From: a virus
Taxonomy: Duplodnaviria; Caudoviricetes
Length of the DNA: 64,000 bases
Strand: one strand, 5' to 3'
Virus record (IMG/VR): IMGVR_UViG_2706795719_000001
Location: 97,990 to 161,989 of that record
The notes beneath the pieces are model-generated. The model saw nothing but the letters and a program-made list of their open reading frames with translations. It was not told where the DNA came from and did no database searches. This document shows positions 19,034-28,442 of this stretch, piece after piece. Each line of letters opens with the position of its first letter. Within the stretch, counting starts at the first letter, position 1. The position numbers and the translations under genes were made by a program.

Positions 19034-19055
19034 TATAAATACATATATATTTATA
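19034..19055. promoter_or_regulatory. two opposed late promoters for inh (+) and uvsW (-)
   Basis: TATAAATA 19034-19041 and TATTTATA 19048-19055. Confidence 0.75.
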
Positions 19056-19075
19056 CAAAGCCTAAAGAGGACATT

Positions 19076-19786
19076 ATGAAAATTGACCAACAATATATTG
19101 ATTCTTTAACTGAAGAATATACTTCAGGCGAAATTGATAGAAAAACAGCTAAACAAAAATTATCTGAATATGCAAAAGAATCATTTAATTTTGATTTAAA
19201 CAAACAAAAAAGTTTTGAAAATATGATCGTCCAACTTAAAGAACTGATTGACAATTATGAAGAACCTGAATTAGAAGATCAAGACGGTATTTCTATTAAA
19301 GATCTAATTACCGCAGCTGACCAATTAGATGGTAAAAGTGTTTTTAATGATGCTAATGAAGAAGCTATTGATCTTATAGAATCTATTTCGACACCAGAAG
19401 ATCATAAACAATCTAAAGAAAAAACTATTGGTCTAGAAAAACCCGTGGTTGAACCAATGAATGTTGAAACATCAATCTCTGAAGTGCAGGAATCACCTGT
19501 AGAACATCCTACAACACAAGAACAGATAACTATAAAAGAAAATTATATCCTTCCAGAAGAGTTCTCTCCAACTATTACCTTAATAGGCAAAGCTCCTGGA
19601 TATTACACTCTCCCATGGTGGATTTATAAATGGATTTTAGAAAACGAAGATTGGAAATCTCGCCCTGAAGAATGTCCTGAATTCTCTGCAATTAATATTT
19701 TAAAATCGTTAATTTATTTTATTAACCGAGATGGACAAGTTAAAATACGAGAAACTAGAAATTCTAGATTTTATACACTAAAATAA
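19076..19786 (+). CDS. inh: inhibitor of prohead protease Inh
   Basis: K.KSFENM, PGYYTLPWWIY.WI, IRETRNS.F. Confidence 0.93.
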   Translation: MKIDQQYIDSLTEEYTSGEIDRKTAKQKLSEYAKESFNFDLNKQKSFENMIVQLKELIDNYEEPELEDQDGISIKDLITAADQLDGKSVFNDANEEAIDLIESISTPEDHKQSKEKTIGLEKPVVEPMNVETSISEVQESPVEHPTTQEQITIKENYILPEEFSPTITLIGKAPGYYTLPWWIYKWILENEDWKSRPEECPEFSAINILKSLIYFINRDGQVKIRETRNSRFYTLK

Positions 19787-19798
19787 AATGGAAAAAAT

Positions 19799-20878
19799 AT
19801 GCCAACACTAAATATATCTCCTACAAATCCGTCTATAACATTAGGACAGACTCAAAAGTTTACAGCAGAAATATTAGACCCAATACCAGAATCAGTTACA
19901 ACATATAAATGGTTTGTTGATGGTGAACTTGATGATACATCATCTACAGAGACATTTAGTTTAACACCTAATACTATTGGAGAAAAAATTATAAAAGTAG
20001 AATCAACAAGTACAGGTTCAGAAGAACCAGTAGTTTTGACAGATGAAACAACTCTGACTATTAAAAAGAAAACAATGAATCCTATTGTTAATATTGAAGT
20101 TGATAAATCTACTACAGAAGTTGGAAATACAGTTAAATTTACTGTTAAAATTGAAGGCGCTCCAGAAGGTTCAACAACAAAATACTTATGGGATTCTGGA
20201 GAAACTGAAGAATCTATTAATGTTGTTACTACAGAAGTTGGGAATCTTAAAAAAGAGTGTACAGTTACTATATCGCATAGTGATTATGACACTAAAGAAA
20301 TTAATGCATCTTCTACTGTAGATGTTACAGCTAAGACCATGGATGACGTTATACTTGATATTGTTATAACACCAGATAAAGTAAAAGTTGGCGAAGATTA
20401 TGAAGTCGAAGCTATTGTTACAGGTGGTCCGTCTGACAAATCAATCAAATATAAATGGAATACTGGGCAGGAGTCATCTAAATTTACAATAACAGCAAAA
20501 GATATTGGTATAATCAAATATGAATGTACTATTACAGTAGATGCCAAAGACTATTTATCATTTAGCACCAAATCGTCCCATTCGGTTAGTATAGAAAAAG
20601 CCCCAGAAGAGCCAGAAATTGCATGCCGATACATTCATCCATTAGACCATAGAAAATCTGCATATTTGTGGGTTGGGTATTGGGTACTAGAAGAAATAGA
20701 AAAGGCTGTTGAAGAAGGAATTGACTGGAAAAAACCAAATAATACAGATTTAAAATATAAATGTGACTTACAAACACTTGCTCTTATGTTAGAGACATAT
20801 CCTAATATAGAAGTTCAAGAATCAAGAAATGGATATATTTTATCTAAAGAAGATATTGAAAATGGAGTTATTTACTAA
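19799..20878 (+). CDS. hoc: head outer capsid protein Hoc (three Ig-like domains plus capsid-binding domain)
   Basis: repeated Y.W Ig-like strands; YIHPL..R.SAY.W.G.W and QESRNG. Confidence 0.9.
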   Translation: MPTLNISPTNPSITLGQTQKFTAEILDPIPESVTTYKWFVDGELDDTSSTETFSLTPNTIGEKIIKVESTSTGSEEPVVLTDETTLTIKKKTMNPIVNIEVDKSTTEVGNTVKFTVKIEGAPEGSTTKYLWDSGETEESINVVTTEVGNLKKECTVTISHSDYDTKEINASSTVDVTAKTMDDVILDIVITPDKVKVGEDYEVEAIVTGGPSDKSIKYKWNTGQESSKFTITAKDIGIIKYECTITVDAKDYLSFSTKSSHSVSIEKAPEEPEIACRYIHPLDHRKSAYLWVGYWVLEEIEKAVEEGIDWKKPNNTDLKYKCDLQTLALMLETYPNIEVQESRNGYILSKEDIENGVIY

Positions 20879-20880
20879 AC

Positions 20881-20907
20881 AAAAAAGGGACCGTATGGTC
20901 CCTTTTT
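20881..20907. terminator. bidirectional terminator after hoc
   Basis: aaaaagggacc-gtat-ggtcccttttt. Confidence 0.85.
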
Positions 20908-20911
20908 ATTT

Positions 20912-21178
20912 TTATTTTCTAAAGATCTTACCAAATTTACTAATCACAAAATTCTCACCGACTTTAATATCAATTCTTATTGAAGTATTTCCAATAATAT
21001 TTGAAGACAACATTTCATCTAAATCTATTGAAGAAATTCTATCAAAATCTTGAACAATATTAAACCCACCATTATCACAGAAGGAATCAATAAATTCTTC
21101 TATTTTACATGAACACTCATCGGATAATATATCTCCATATAAACGACAAGTAGACCCATCAATATTCAAAATAACCAT
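20912..21178 (-). CDS. hypothetical early protein
   Basis: AGGAG SD; early promoter upstream. Confidence 0.7.
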   Translation of the reverse strand: MVILNIDGSTCRLYGDILSDECSCKIEEFIDSFCDNGGFNIVQDFDRISSIDLDEMLSSNIIGNTSIRIDIKVGENFVISKFGKIFRK

Positions 21179-21207
21179 AATATTCTCCTATTTGTTTAGA
21201 CATGTAG

Positions 21208-21237
21208 ATAATACCACATGTCTATTCTATTGTAAAC
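21208..21237 (-). promoter_or_regulatory. early promoter
   Basis: GTTTAC-18 nt-TATTAT, TG extension. Confidence 0.8.
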
Positions 21238-21441
21238 TTAAAATTCACCCATTTCTTCAATAAATTCTTCATGATCAAATGGGAACATCTTCCAAAATTC
21301 TTCAACCTTTTCATCAGAAGTAAATTCTACAAATAATCCTTCAGAGTCTGGTAAAATTTGAACTATTTCCATTTGTAATTCTGAAATAGCTTTGAAATGT
21401 TCTGAAGTTAAAGCTCTTATCCAAATATGAAAAGTTGTCAT
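21238..21441 (-). CDS. hypothetical acidic protein
   Basis: start moved to MTTFHIW (AGGAG SD). Confidence 0.7.
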   Translation of the reverse strand: MTTFHIWIRALTSEHFKAISELQMEIVQILPDSEGLFVEFTSDEKVEEFWKMFPFDHEEFIEEMGEF

Positions 21442-21473
21442 TTTTATTTCTCCTAATATGTTGGTATAGTGGT

Positions 21474-21502
21474 ATAATATCATATTAGAAGCAAAAGTAA
21501 AC
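21474..21502 (-). promoter_or_regulatory. early promoter with overlapping MotA-box-like TTTGCTT
   Basis: GTTTACTTTTGCTT...TGATATTAT. Confidence 0.75.
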
Positions 21503-21504
21503 AT

Positions 21505-23547
21505 TTAATTGATAAATTTTTCAGGTATTTGGTCAAAATCCATTATATCGGCTAAAATAGACATGGCTTCAGACGATTCAAGTGTTTGATTTTCTTTAAT
21601 AATCTCTTGTTCTTTAACAAAATTTCTAAAGTTAATTTTTTCAAGAACACCTTCATTTAAGAATTTATCACCATCGAAAACCTCTGTACATTCAACTAAG
21701 TCTTCTGCTGGCATATACACAGTATCGATAAGAAAAGATTTACTCAATTCTCCTGACCCATGAATAGATCTAATTTTTAAAGCTGAACCACGAGGTAATA
21801 TAACTTCAGATTCATGAGAAAATCTAGAAAGATCCCCTGGGACAATAACTTTGACTTTGTGAACACCCGAGATCATAATACCCAGTCTAGCAATATAATC
21901 TGAACTACGTTCTGCATTTGAGTCTACTACTTTATCCCCTAAAGTTTCCCTAGCTTCGGTTTCCCAGTCTTGTGGTTGTCCTATATAAGAAGAAGCAGAA
22001 TTAGAAAAACCTTTATTAAAAAATATCGGCGCTAAAGACGTCGAAACAAAGTTTGGGAAATACAATATTTTATTTTTAACACTTTTATCAAGATCTTTGT
22101 ATTCATGACGCTGGGCCCTATATAAAATCGTAGATCTATCTAATTTAACTCCTTTAGAAAAGGCTTTGTCTAAATTAGGGATATATGTATTAATTGTCTT
22201 TTTAGTGGCTTCATCATTTCCTAATAAAAAACTATTAATATCTTCATAATTCTGACTTGTATAGTTTGTTATTGCATCTTTTTCTTCTGCTGTATAGTCT
22301 ATGGATTCTTCTAGATTTCTATAAGAGCTACCTACTACATCAGTATATGAACTAGAAATAGCTTGTATAATTTTACTGATACTAGATAGTTTTTCAGAGT
22401 ACTCTATATCAGAAGGCAAATATTTTAAAGTATACTCAGTAATATCTTTAAATTTGAAAATAATTTCTTTATCAGATTTTAAAATTTCTGAAAGTTTCAA
22501 CATATATGGTTTTATTTTTAAATCTAGTTCAGATGGCGATAAATATTTATCTTCATTATGAATAGCTAAGACAACTGCTGTTCGTATATTATCTAATTCT
22601 GTGTGGTATTTTGACTCAACTTGTTCATCATCAGACATAGGCAACATATCGGCTATATTAGAAAATGTTTCTTTAGTTTTTTCATTAACTCGTGTTTGAA
22701 TTCTGGAAAAGGGTGCATCTACACTACTATATATAGGTGGATTACCTTGGAACTTAACAAAAGCTTCTTTAGCTTCTTTCGAATAGCCATCTAAATCGTC
22801 TGGTTTAGAAATACTATACAATGCAGTCATAAGTTCACGTCTAGAAACTTTAGTTTTAGAAATTAAAGAACGTTCATTTCTCTCATTTTCTTGGGCTGCA
22901 ATACTACCTGCAATGGCTTCCATTTTAGAAACTTGTTTGCCTGTTTTATAGTTAATATAAACATCACCTACTTTAGATTCTACTTTGGTATACAACGATG
23001 AATCTATGTCAGGAATCCCAGAGATGTCTTCTAATGGTTTATTTTTACGGTATATAAGAACATATGCGTGTTTACCAGTAAATTGATAGAGGTCTTCTAG
23101 GACTACAAATTTACCACCCGTGCGTTGCATAGCCAATCGTTTAATAATACGTTGTAAAGATTTTTCTTGGCCTTTCATTTTCTTAGCTGGGAATCTGAAC
23201 AATACAGCGTCTATTTTTAATTTTTTAACTTGTTCATAAACAGTATCAAAAATAGTATTCAAAGCCCCAATAGGGTCTGCGCCTAATCCATCTCTTAACT
23301 CAGCAGCATTACCGTTTTTAGATAAACTCATTAAAAATACTTGGACAAATTTATCGCCCATTTTAACTTGTTTTACTGCATCCCCTTTAGACAAATAAGA
23401 AACCATACGAACTAAAAGATTATCATTACCTGGGACTTTTATGTTCCAAAGCTGTGGAACTTTCGCTTTTTGATTAACATTAATAGCTTGATATTGTGCT
23501 ATTTCTGAATCAAAAACTTCATTTAAATTAATTTCACTTAATTCCAT
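21505..23547 (-). CDS. alt: RNA polymerase ADP-ribosyltransferase Alt
   Basis: LNEVFDS start, LYRAQ, NFVSTSL, ESEVILPRG catalytic motifs. Confidence 0.95.
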   Translation of the reverse strand: MELSEINLNEVFDSEIAQYQAINVNQKAKVPQLWNIKVPGNDNLLVRMVSYLSKGDAVKQVKMGDKFVQVFLMSLSKNGNAAELRDGLGADPIGALNTIFDTVYEQVKKLKIDAVLFRFPAKKMKGQEKSLQRIIKRLAMQRTGGKFVVLEDLYQFTGKHAYVLIYRKNKPLEDISGIPDIDSSLYTKVESKVGDVYINYKTGKQVSKMEAIAGSIAAQENERNERSLISKTKVSRRELMTALYSISKPDDLDGYSKEAKEAFVKFQGNPPIYSSVDAPFSRIQTRVNEKTKETFSNIADMLPMSDDEQVESKYHTELDNIRTAVVLAIHNEDKYLSPSELDLKIKPYMLKLSEILKSDKEIIFKFKDITEYTLKYLPSDIEYSEKLSSISKIIQAISSSYTDVVGSSYRNLEESIDYTAEEKDAITNYTSQNYEDINSFLLGNDEATKKTINTYIPNLDKAFSKGVKLDRSTILYRAQRHEYKDLDKSVKNKILYFPNFVSTSLAPIFFNKGFSNSASSYIGQPQDWETEARETLGDKVVDSNAERSSDYIARLGIMISGVHKVKVIVPGDLSRFSHESEVILPRGSALKIRSIHGSGELSKSFLIDTVYMPAEDLVECTEVFDGDKFLNEGVLEKINFRNFVKEQEIIKENQTLESSEAMSILADIMDFDQIPEKFIN

Positions 23548-23577
23548 TTTATCACCTTTATAATAAGAATATAGTAT

Positions 23578-23585
23578 TATTTATA
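23578..23585 (-). promoter_or_regulatory. late promoter for alt
   Basis: TATAAATA on minus strand. Confidence 0.75.
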
Positions 23586-23624
23586 CCAAAAAAGGGCCGA
23601 AGCCCTTATTTTTATGTATTCCTT

Positions 23625-23864
23625 TTATTCAGATATTCTTGCTTCTAAATTTAACGTATCAATTTCAACATCAAATTCTAAAACTTCTGGATTTTCATCA
23701 GAAGATATAGCCGTTTTGTATTTTTCTATCCCATTTTTTGATGATAATAAAGTAGATTTGACTACATTAAGTTCTTCCGAGTATTCAAAATCACCGTAAA
23801 TATTACCGTCAGTTTTTGAAGCTTTTTTAAACATTTTTAATAATTCATCGTTTGAGTATTTCAT
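23625..23864 (-). CDS. hypothetical early protein
   Basis: start moved to MKYSND (GGAG SD). Confidence 0.7.
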   Translation of the reverse strand: MKYSNDELLKMFKKASKTDGNIYGDFEYSEELNVVKSTLLSSKNGIEKYKTAISSDENPEVLEFDVEIDTLNLEARISE

Positions 23865-23892
23865 TTTAATCTCCATTTGTTTTGATGAGCCT

Positions 23893-23942
23893 ATAGTATC
23901 AAACTTAAAAGCAAAAGTAAACAAAAAAGGGACAAAAGTCCC
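23893..23942 (-). promoter_or_regulatory. terminator + early promoter cassette (GGGAC-TTTT-GTCCC type)
   Basis: hairpin 23929-23942 then GTTTACTTTTGCTT...TACTAT. Confidence 0.75.
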
Positions 23943-24127
23943 TAAATAATTTTTTGAAGCTCTAAAGCAATATTTTTTAGTTTTTCTACGTCGGATTTTC
24001 TAAAATTAGAATTCTTATCAAGATTAAAAGAAACCAAGGCATTGCTCCATATAGTTTCTTCTAACAAATCTAAGTTATCGTTTAAAATATTCTTCTGGCG
24101 ATTGTCCGAAGATTTCATAAAAATCAT
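23942..24127 (-). CDS. Alt.1-like small protein
   Basis: overlaps ligase 3' end, as T4 alt.1 does. Confidence 0.5.
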   Translation of the reverse strand: MIFMKSSDNRQKNILNDNLDLLEETIWSNALVSFNLDKNSNFRKSDVEKLKNIALELQKII

Positions 24128-25541
24128 TAGCCTCTTGTTTATCTAGACGACGCATTTTTACACGGGGTAAAAATAAACTATAAGTTTCTCGTCCTTCTAC
24201 CTTTTGGGCTGCATTACATACACCAGAAATAATCATGCCGATAAGTTTGCCCTGTTTATGTAAATCCCATAAAAGACGTCGGTCTAATTCATGACGTTCT
24301 TCTAATGGAATCCAGACTTTTTTACCTTTAACTTTTTCGTAATCTTTATCTTTAAAACCTGAACCACAATCAACTAAAATAGTTCCATCTCTAGATTTTA
24401 AATTAACTCCACCAAGTTTTTCTGGGTCTTTAGAATGTGGATAGGCCCCAATAATTTCTAGGTCAAAATCTTTTTCTTCTTTAAATTTGACCTGGTCACA
24501 AGTACGCCCATCGGCCCAAATACCATTTTTATTTTTTAAAATAATACCTTCTAACTTCATATCTACATATTTCCTGTAAATAATCTGGGCTTCTTCTAAA
24601 GTTTTAACTTCTTCTGAAGGGATTAATTCAAGGCGTTCTGAATTTAATGTAATTTTTTCTAAATCTTTTAAACGGACTTCATAAGGTTTATTGATTTCAT
24701 TTTTATTTGAAGATGTTCCTTGTGTAACTTCATAATTGATTAAATCCCATACTTGGAATCGTACACAATCTGCTTCGTCTTTAGTAATTGTTCCTTGGAT
24801 AGATTTATTAGCAATACCATTGCCTTCTTCCCGAGATGCAACAATATTTTCTTCTTCCTCTTCATCAAAAAACATATCAAGACCCTGTTTTTTAGATTTA
24901 GGGAAATATACTAATTCACCATCCACAACGACATTACCAAGACCTTCAGTAATTTTTAATATTTCTTCTTTTAATGAATCTAATCCTTGATATTCGCTTC
25001 CAGAACGAGAATATAAATTAACTTCACCATCTACAACTTCAGCAAAACATCTAGCCCCATCTGCTTTTAATTGGGCTATAGCCGGGAATTTAATTTTAGA
25101 TATATTTGCTTTACTAAATGGCGCGGCTAAAAATTGTGGCTGTTTAGGTAAAAGATTTTCCCATACTTTATTAGGAATACTTCTGCCTACACCGCATTCT
25201 AAATCACGTTTAATAATACGTTTAACTAAAGCTGCATCTTTTGGACATAAACTTTCTAGTACTTCTTTTAACCCGGCAATACCTGCATGTCCTGTTAAAA
25301 CTCTGGCTCCTAATACATTTTCTAAAAAATCTAATGCATCTTGTAAAGTTTTAGATTCATCTTTAGGTTCATATTCCGGAATCTTTTTAAGATGGAATTT
25401 GACCTTTTGAGAATACGTTAATCTAAATACATCTTTAACAAGATGATTTTGTTTATATTTTAAAAGAATGGCTTCTTTTTCTTTTAATGAATCTGTAGAA
25501 GCCAATTCAGCAATAATATCGTATACCATACCTTTTTCCAT
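24075..25541 (-). CDS. 30: ATP-dependent DNA ligase gp30
   Basis: AQLKADGARC, DGELV, EGIILKN, SLFLP. Confidence 0.97.
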   Translation of the reverse strand: MEKGMVYDIIAELASTDSLKEKEAILLKYKQNHLVKDVFRLTYSQKVKFHLKKIPEYEPKDESKTLQDALDFLENVLGARVLTGHAGIAGLKEVLESLCPKDAALVKRIIKRDLECGVGRSIPNKVWENLLPKQPQFLAAPFSKANISKIKFPAIAQLKADGARCFAEVVDGEVNLYSRSGSEYQGLDSLKEEILKITEGLGNVVVDGELVYFPKSKKQGLDMFFDEEEEENIVASREEGNGIANKSIQGTITKDEADCVRFQVWDLINYEVTQGTSSNKNEINKPYEVRLKDLEKITLNSERLELIPSEEVKTLEEAQIIYRKYVDMKLEGIILKNKNGIWADGRTCDQVKFKEEKDFDLEIIGAYPHSKDPEKLGGVNLKSRDGTILVDCGSGFKDKDYEKVKGKKVWIPLEERHELDRRLLWDLHKQGKLIGMIISGVCNAAQKVEGRETYSLFLPRVKMRRLDKQEANDFYEIFGQSPEEYFKR

Positions 25542-25550
25542 TTATAGTCC

Positions 25551-26186
25551 TTATTTTATACTATTTAATGATTCTTCTAAGTCAGGTAAAATTGTTTCAA
25601 AGTCATACCAATCTTTAACATTGATAATAGGGCAATCTGGTAAATCACGCTTACCACGAGGCATATGGATAAGAGGTAATCTAGAAATAACTTTATGACA
25701 GTCTTCTAAATTATGAGCCAAATCATCAACAAAACATAACAGATTTTTAGTATGTTTAACTTTAACATCTAAATAATGAGGCGTTTTGGATTCACCGTAA
25801 TTAACTAATAAAATATCGCTAAATGCATTTGGGAATAAAGAATTCAAGTTATATAAACGATTAAATAATGCTTGGTCTGTTGTACCTAATGCCGTAATAG
25901 CTACAAATTCATATTTCTCTTTAAGACGATTAATTACTTCAATAGCGTCTGTATATCCTGTTAAATATTTTATGTATTTTGAATTATTATATTCTGTCAT
26001 CAATTTTAAGCCAAGTTCTTCGTTACATCGAAACATTTGTCCTGGCGACATAAATACATTTTCAGTAATAACTTTAAGGATATTTGTTGTATCGATACCA
26101 TAATCTTGAGCAAAATAAGGAAGTCCAGACGCCCACTGGACCAAGATACCATCAACATCAGTTAAAATAACAGGTTTTAAATTCAT
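25551..26186 (-). CDS. 30.2: gp30.2 HAD-family protein
   Basis: KPVILTDVDG..WASGLPYFAQ, FVDD. Confidence 0.9.
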   Translation of the reverse strand: MNLKPVILTDVDGILVQWASGLPYFAQDYGIDTTNILKVITENVFMSPGQMFRCNEELGLKLMTEYNNSKYIKYLTGYTDAIEVINRLKEKYEFVAITALGTTDQALFNRLYNLNSLFPNAFSDILLVNYGESKTPHYLDVKVKHTKNLLCFVDDLAHNLEDCHKVISRLPLIHMPRGKRDLPDCPIINVKDWYDFETILPDLEESLNSIK

Positions 26187-26638
26187 TTCACATCCTCATA
26201 ATAAACACTGACAGAAGCATTTGCAGTATACTCAAAGATTTTAACAATTCTTTGATTATTATCGCTTAAGAATTTTTTAATTTTTGTATCAAGTTCTTTT
26301 TTAATCAATGGACCCACAATTGTTTTAGCTTCTCCTTCGATAAATACCGCAATTAATTCTTTATTTTCTACTTTTTCATTATATGATGATATATTTTCTA
26401 TTTCTTCAAAAAATTCATATTCATCACTTGTCAAAATAATAGATAAATCCTTTTCTATGTCTTCACCATTATAAATTTTATTATTAAAGAATATACTAGT
26501 TACAGACCCGTCACCTTCTATAGAATCTATTTTAAACGGGTTTGTACCAATAAATTCGGCAATAGCTGCATTATACATAGATTCCCTTGAAAACATTTCA
26601 GGTTTATCTAACTTGTACCATTTATTTAGCTCAAACAT
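26183..26638 (-). CDS. hypothetical protein (MFELNKWYK family)
   Basis: paralogue of 26648-27094. Confidence 0.75.
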   Translation of the reverse strand: MFELNKWYKLDKPEMFSRESMYNAAIAEFIGTNPFKIDSIEGDGSVTSIFFNNKIYNGEDIEKDLSIILTSDEYEFFEEIENISSYNEKVENKELIAVFIEGEAKTIVGPLIKKELDTKIKKFLSDNNQRIVKIFEYTANASVSVYYEDVK

Positions 26639-26647
26639 AATATTTCC

Positions 26648-27094
26648 TTAGTTATAAACTACGCCCATAGAAGCCACTTTAGAAAGAACATAAATTTCTA
26701 CTTTTCCTTTAGGGTTGTTAGATAAAAAATCCTCAACACACTCATCTACTTTATGTTTAGCAGTTATAAGTGGGAATGACTTAACTCCATCTAAAATTTG
26801 GACCAGTACTACACAATCGTCTTCATCTTTATCATCAGAAGTTTTTTTAACTTCTTCAAAAAACCAGGCTTCGTTTTTTGAAAAAACGATATCTAACCCA
26901 GAAGAAATGTCAGATGCAATTAATTCGCGGCCATTGACTAAAATTTTACTTACATTTTTTGTATCAGGTAAAAATTCTAACACCTTAAACACATGTCCTT
27001 CAATGATATTATATATTTTCTCGTTATACATTGATTCATCAAAAAACTCACTTCTAGAACCGACAAATTTATACCATTTATTTAACTCAAACAT
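26648..27094 (-). CDS. hypothetical protein (MFELNKWYK family)
   Basis: first 9 aa identical to neighbour; shared ESMYN, FFEE. Confidence 0.75.
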   Translation of the reverse strand: MFELNKWYKFVGSRSEFFDESMYNEKIYNIIEGHVFKVLEFLPDTKNVSKILVNGRELIASDISSGLDIVFSKNEAWFFEEVKKTSDDKDEDDCVVLVQILDGVKSFPLITAKHKVDECVEDFLSNNPKGKVEIYVLSKVASMGVVYN

Positions 27095-27138
27095 ATTATT
27101 TTCCTATTGTCAGTTTAACTTTATAATCTTCAGTTATT

Positions 27139-27594
27139 TTAATTAACTACTCTTTTTCTCAATGCTATTAGTATACCACAAAATTCTTTATTTGTTAATA
27201 TAGTTTCAAATATATTTTCACTACCTATACTATGTACTAATTTCTTATTACCAGTGTAAGCCAGGGCATCCCTAAAAGTCTTATTTTGATTAAACATATG
27301 AATATATGCCTTAATCAATAAACGTTTGTAGGCTTCGCTGTGTCTATTAATGGGTGTTCCTTTATACCACATTGTGTTGTTTTTAATTTTTGGACCTGCT
27401 AGTTTAGCTTCTAATCCATGTAGTTTAAAAACACGTTTCTGTTCTATAGGGTCTTGAATTTTTAGACCTTGTAAAAATCCTTCTATGCTGGCAAATTCTT
27501 GGTTATCCATTATAAAAGGATGGTATGTAAAATTGCTTAATTCATTAGAGGGCCAGGACCCTCTAGAATGAATATCAACAACCTGAGAACTCAT
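27139..27594 (-). CDS. 30.3: gp30.3 NADAR-family protein
   Basis: WPSNELSNF, FASIEGFLQGLK, QNKTFRDAL, LVHSIG, TILT..EF; start moved to MSSQV. Confidence 0.88.
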   Translation of the reverse strand: MSSQVVDIHSRGSWPSNELSNFTYHPFIMDNQEFASIEGFLQGLKIQDPIEQKRVFKLHGLEAKLAGPKIKNNTMWYKGTPINRHSEAYKRLLIKAYIHMFNQNKTFRDALAYTGNKKLVHSIGSENIFETILTNKEFCGILIALRKRVVN

Positions 27595-28066
27595 ATGCTT
27601 TAACCTCGTTACAACAAGATACGCGTTTATAAATGACCCAATCAGTTGGGTCATATTTTCCTAAAACTACTTTTTTTGCTTCATCTAAAGAAAGTCCATC
27701 TAAATCTAATTCCATACGTGATGGATTAAAAACAGCATAAATGTCTTCTGATTCTTGTTGATCTTGTTTTTTCTGTGGTTTTTCTAACAGATTTCTTTCT
27801 TCATCTGAAGAAAAGAAAATATCAAAACCTTTAGGATTTTTTTCCTCTGGGATAATATCATCTACAGAATATAATTTCATAACACCTTGACTAGTGATAA
27901 TCCCTAAGATATCATTACTATCATTTAACCAAAAATTAGGAAATCCTAATTTTTCTAAAAACTCTATTAAACATATGTTGAAACTATACGTATATTGGTT
28001 ATTGCTTAAAACAGATGTTTTTGTGATTTCAGGATGTTTTAATTTATACTCAGTCATAGTTTTCAT
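27575..28066 (-). CDS. hypothetical early protein (possible distant MFELNKWYK-family member)
   Basis: AAGGA SD; YKL..PE and SDE pattern. Confidence 0.7.
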   Translation of the reverse strand: MKTMTEYKLKHPEITKTSVLSNNQYTYSFNICLIEFLEKLGFPNFWLNDSNDILGIITSQGVMKLYSVDDIIPEEKNPKGFDIFFSSDEERNLLEKPQKKQDQQESEDIYAVFNPSRMELDLDGLSLDEAKKVVLGKYDPTDWVIYKRVSCCNEVKAYEFSGC

Positions 28067-28093
28067 AATATATCCTTTAAATTAATTTTGGCT

Positions 28094-28166
28094 ATACTAC
28101 ACTAATTTTTAGTACTTGTAAACACTTATTTTCAATAAAATCAAAAAAGGAGACCGAAGTCTCCTT
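28094..28166 (-). repeat. terminator + early-promoter cassette, copy 1
   Basis: gtaaacacttattttcaataaaa..caaaaaaggagaccgaagtctcctt. Confidence 0.9.
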
Positions 28167-28177
28167 AAAATTATTTT

Positions 28178-28414
28178 TCATAACGACACTAAGTCTAAGA
28201 TACGCTTCATTTGACTAATAATTGCTTTACCAGAATCATTATCATAAACAAATTTTGTTAATGCTATATCTCTTATAGTAGTTGTTTTTGCTAATTCTTT
28301 AAGATCGTTGTTAAAGAAATAAAGTGCATCAGCTTCATTGTCGAAGTACTTATTATAAACCTTTTTTTCTTTAACAATTCTGTATACTAAATTATATTCA
28401 GTTGATGTTGACAT
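28178..28414 (-). CDS. hypothetical early protein between two cassette copies
   Basis: GGAGG SD. Confidence 0.75.
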   Translation of the reverse strand: MSTSTEYNLVYRIVKEKKVYNKYFDNEADALYFFNNDLKELAKTTTIRDIALTKFVYDNDSGKAIISQMKRILDLVSL

Positions 28415-28442
28415 TTTAGACCTCCATTATTAATTGTGATCT

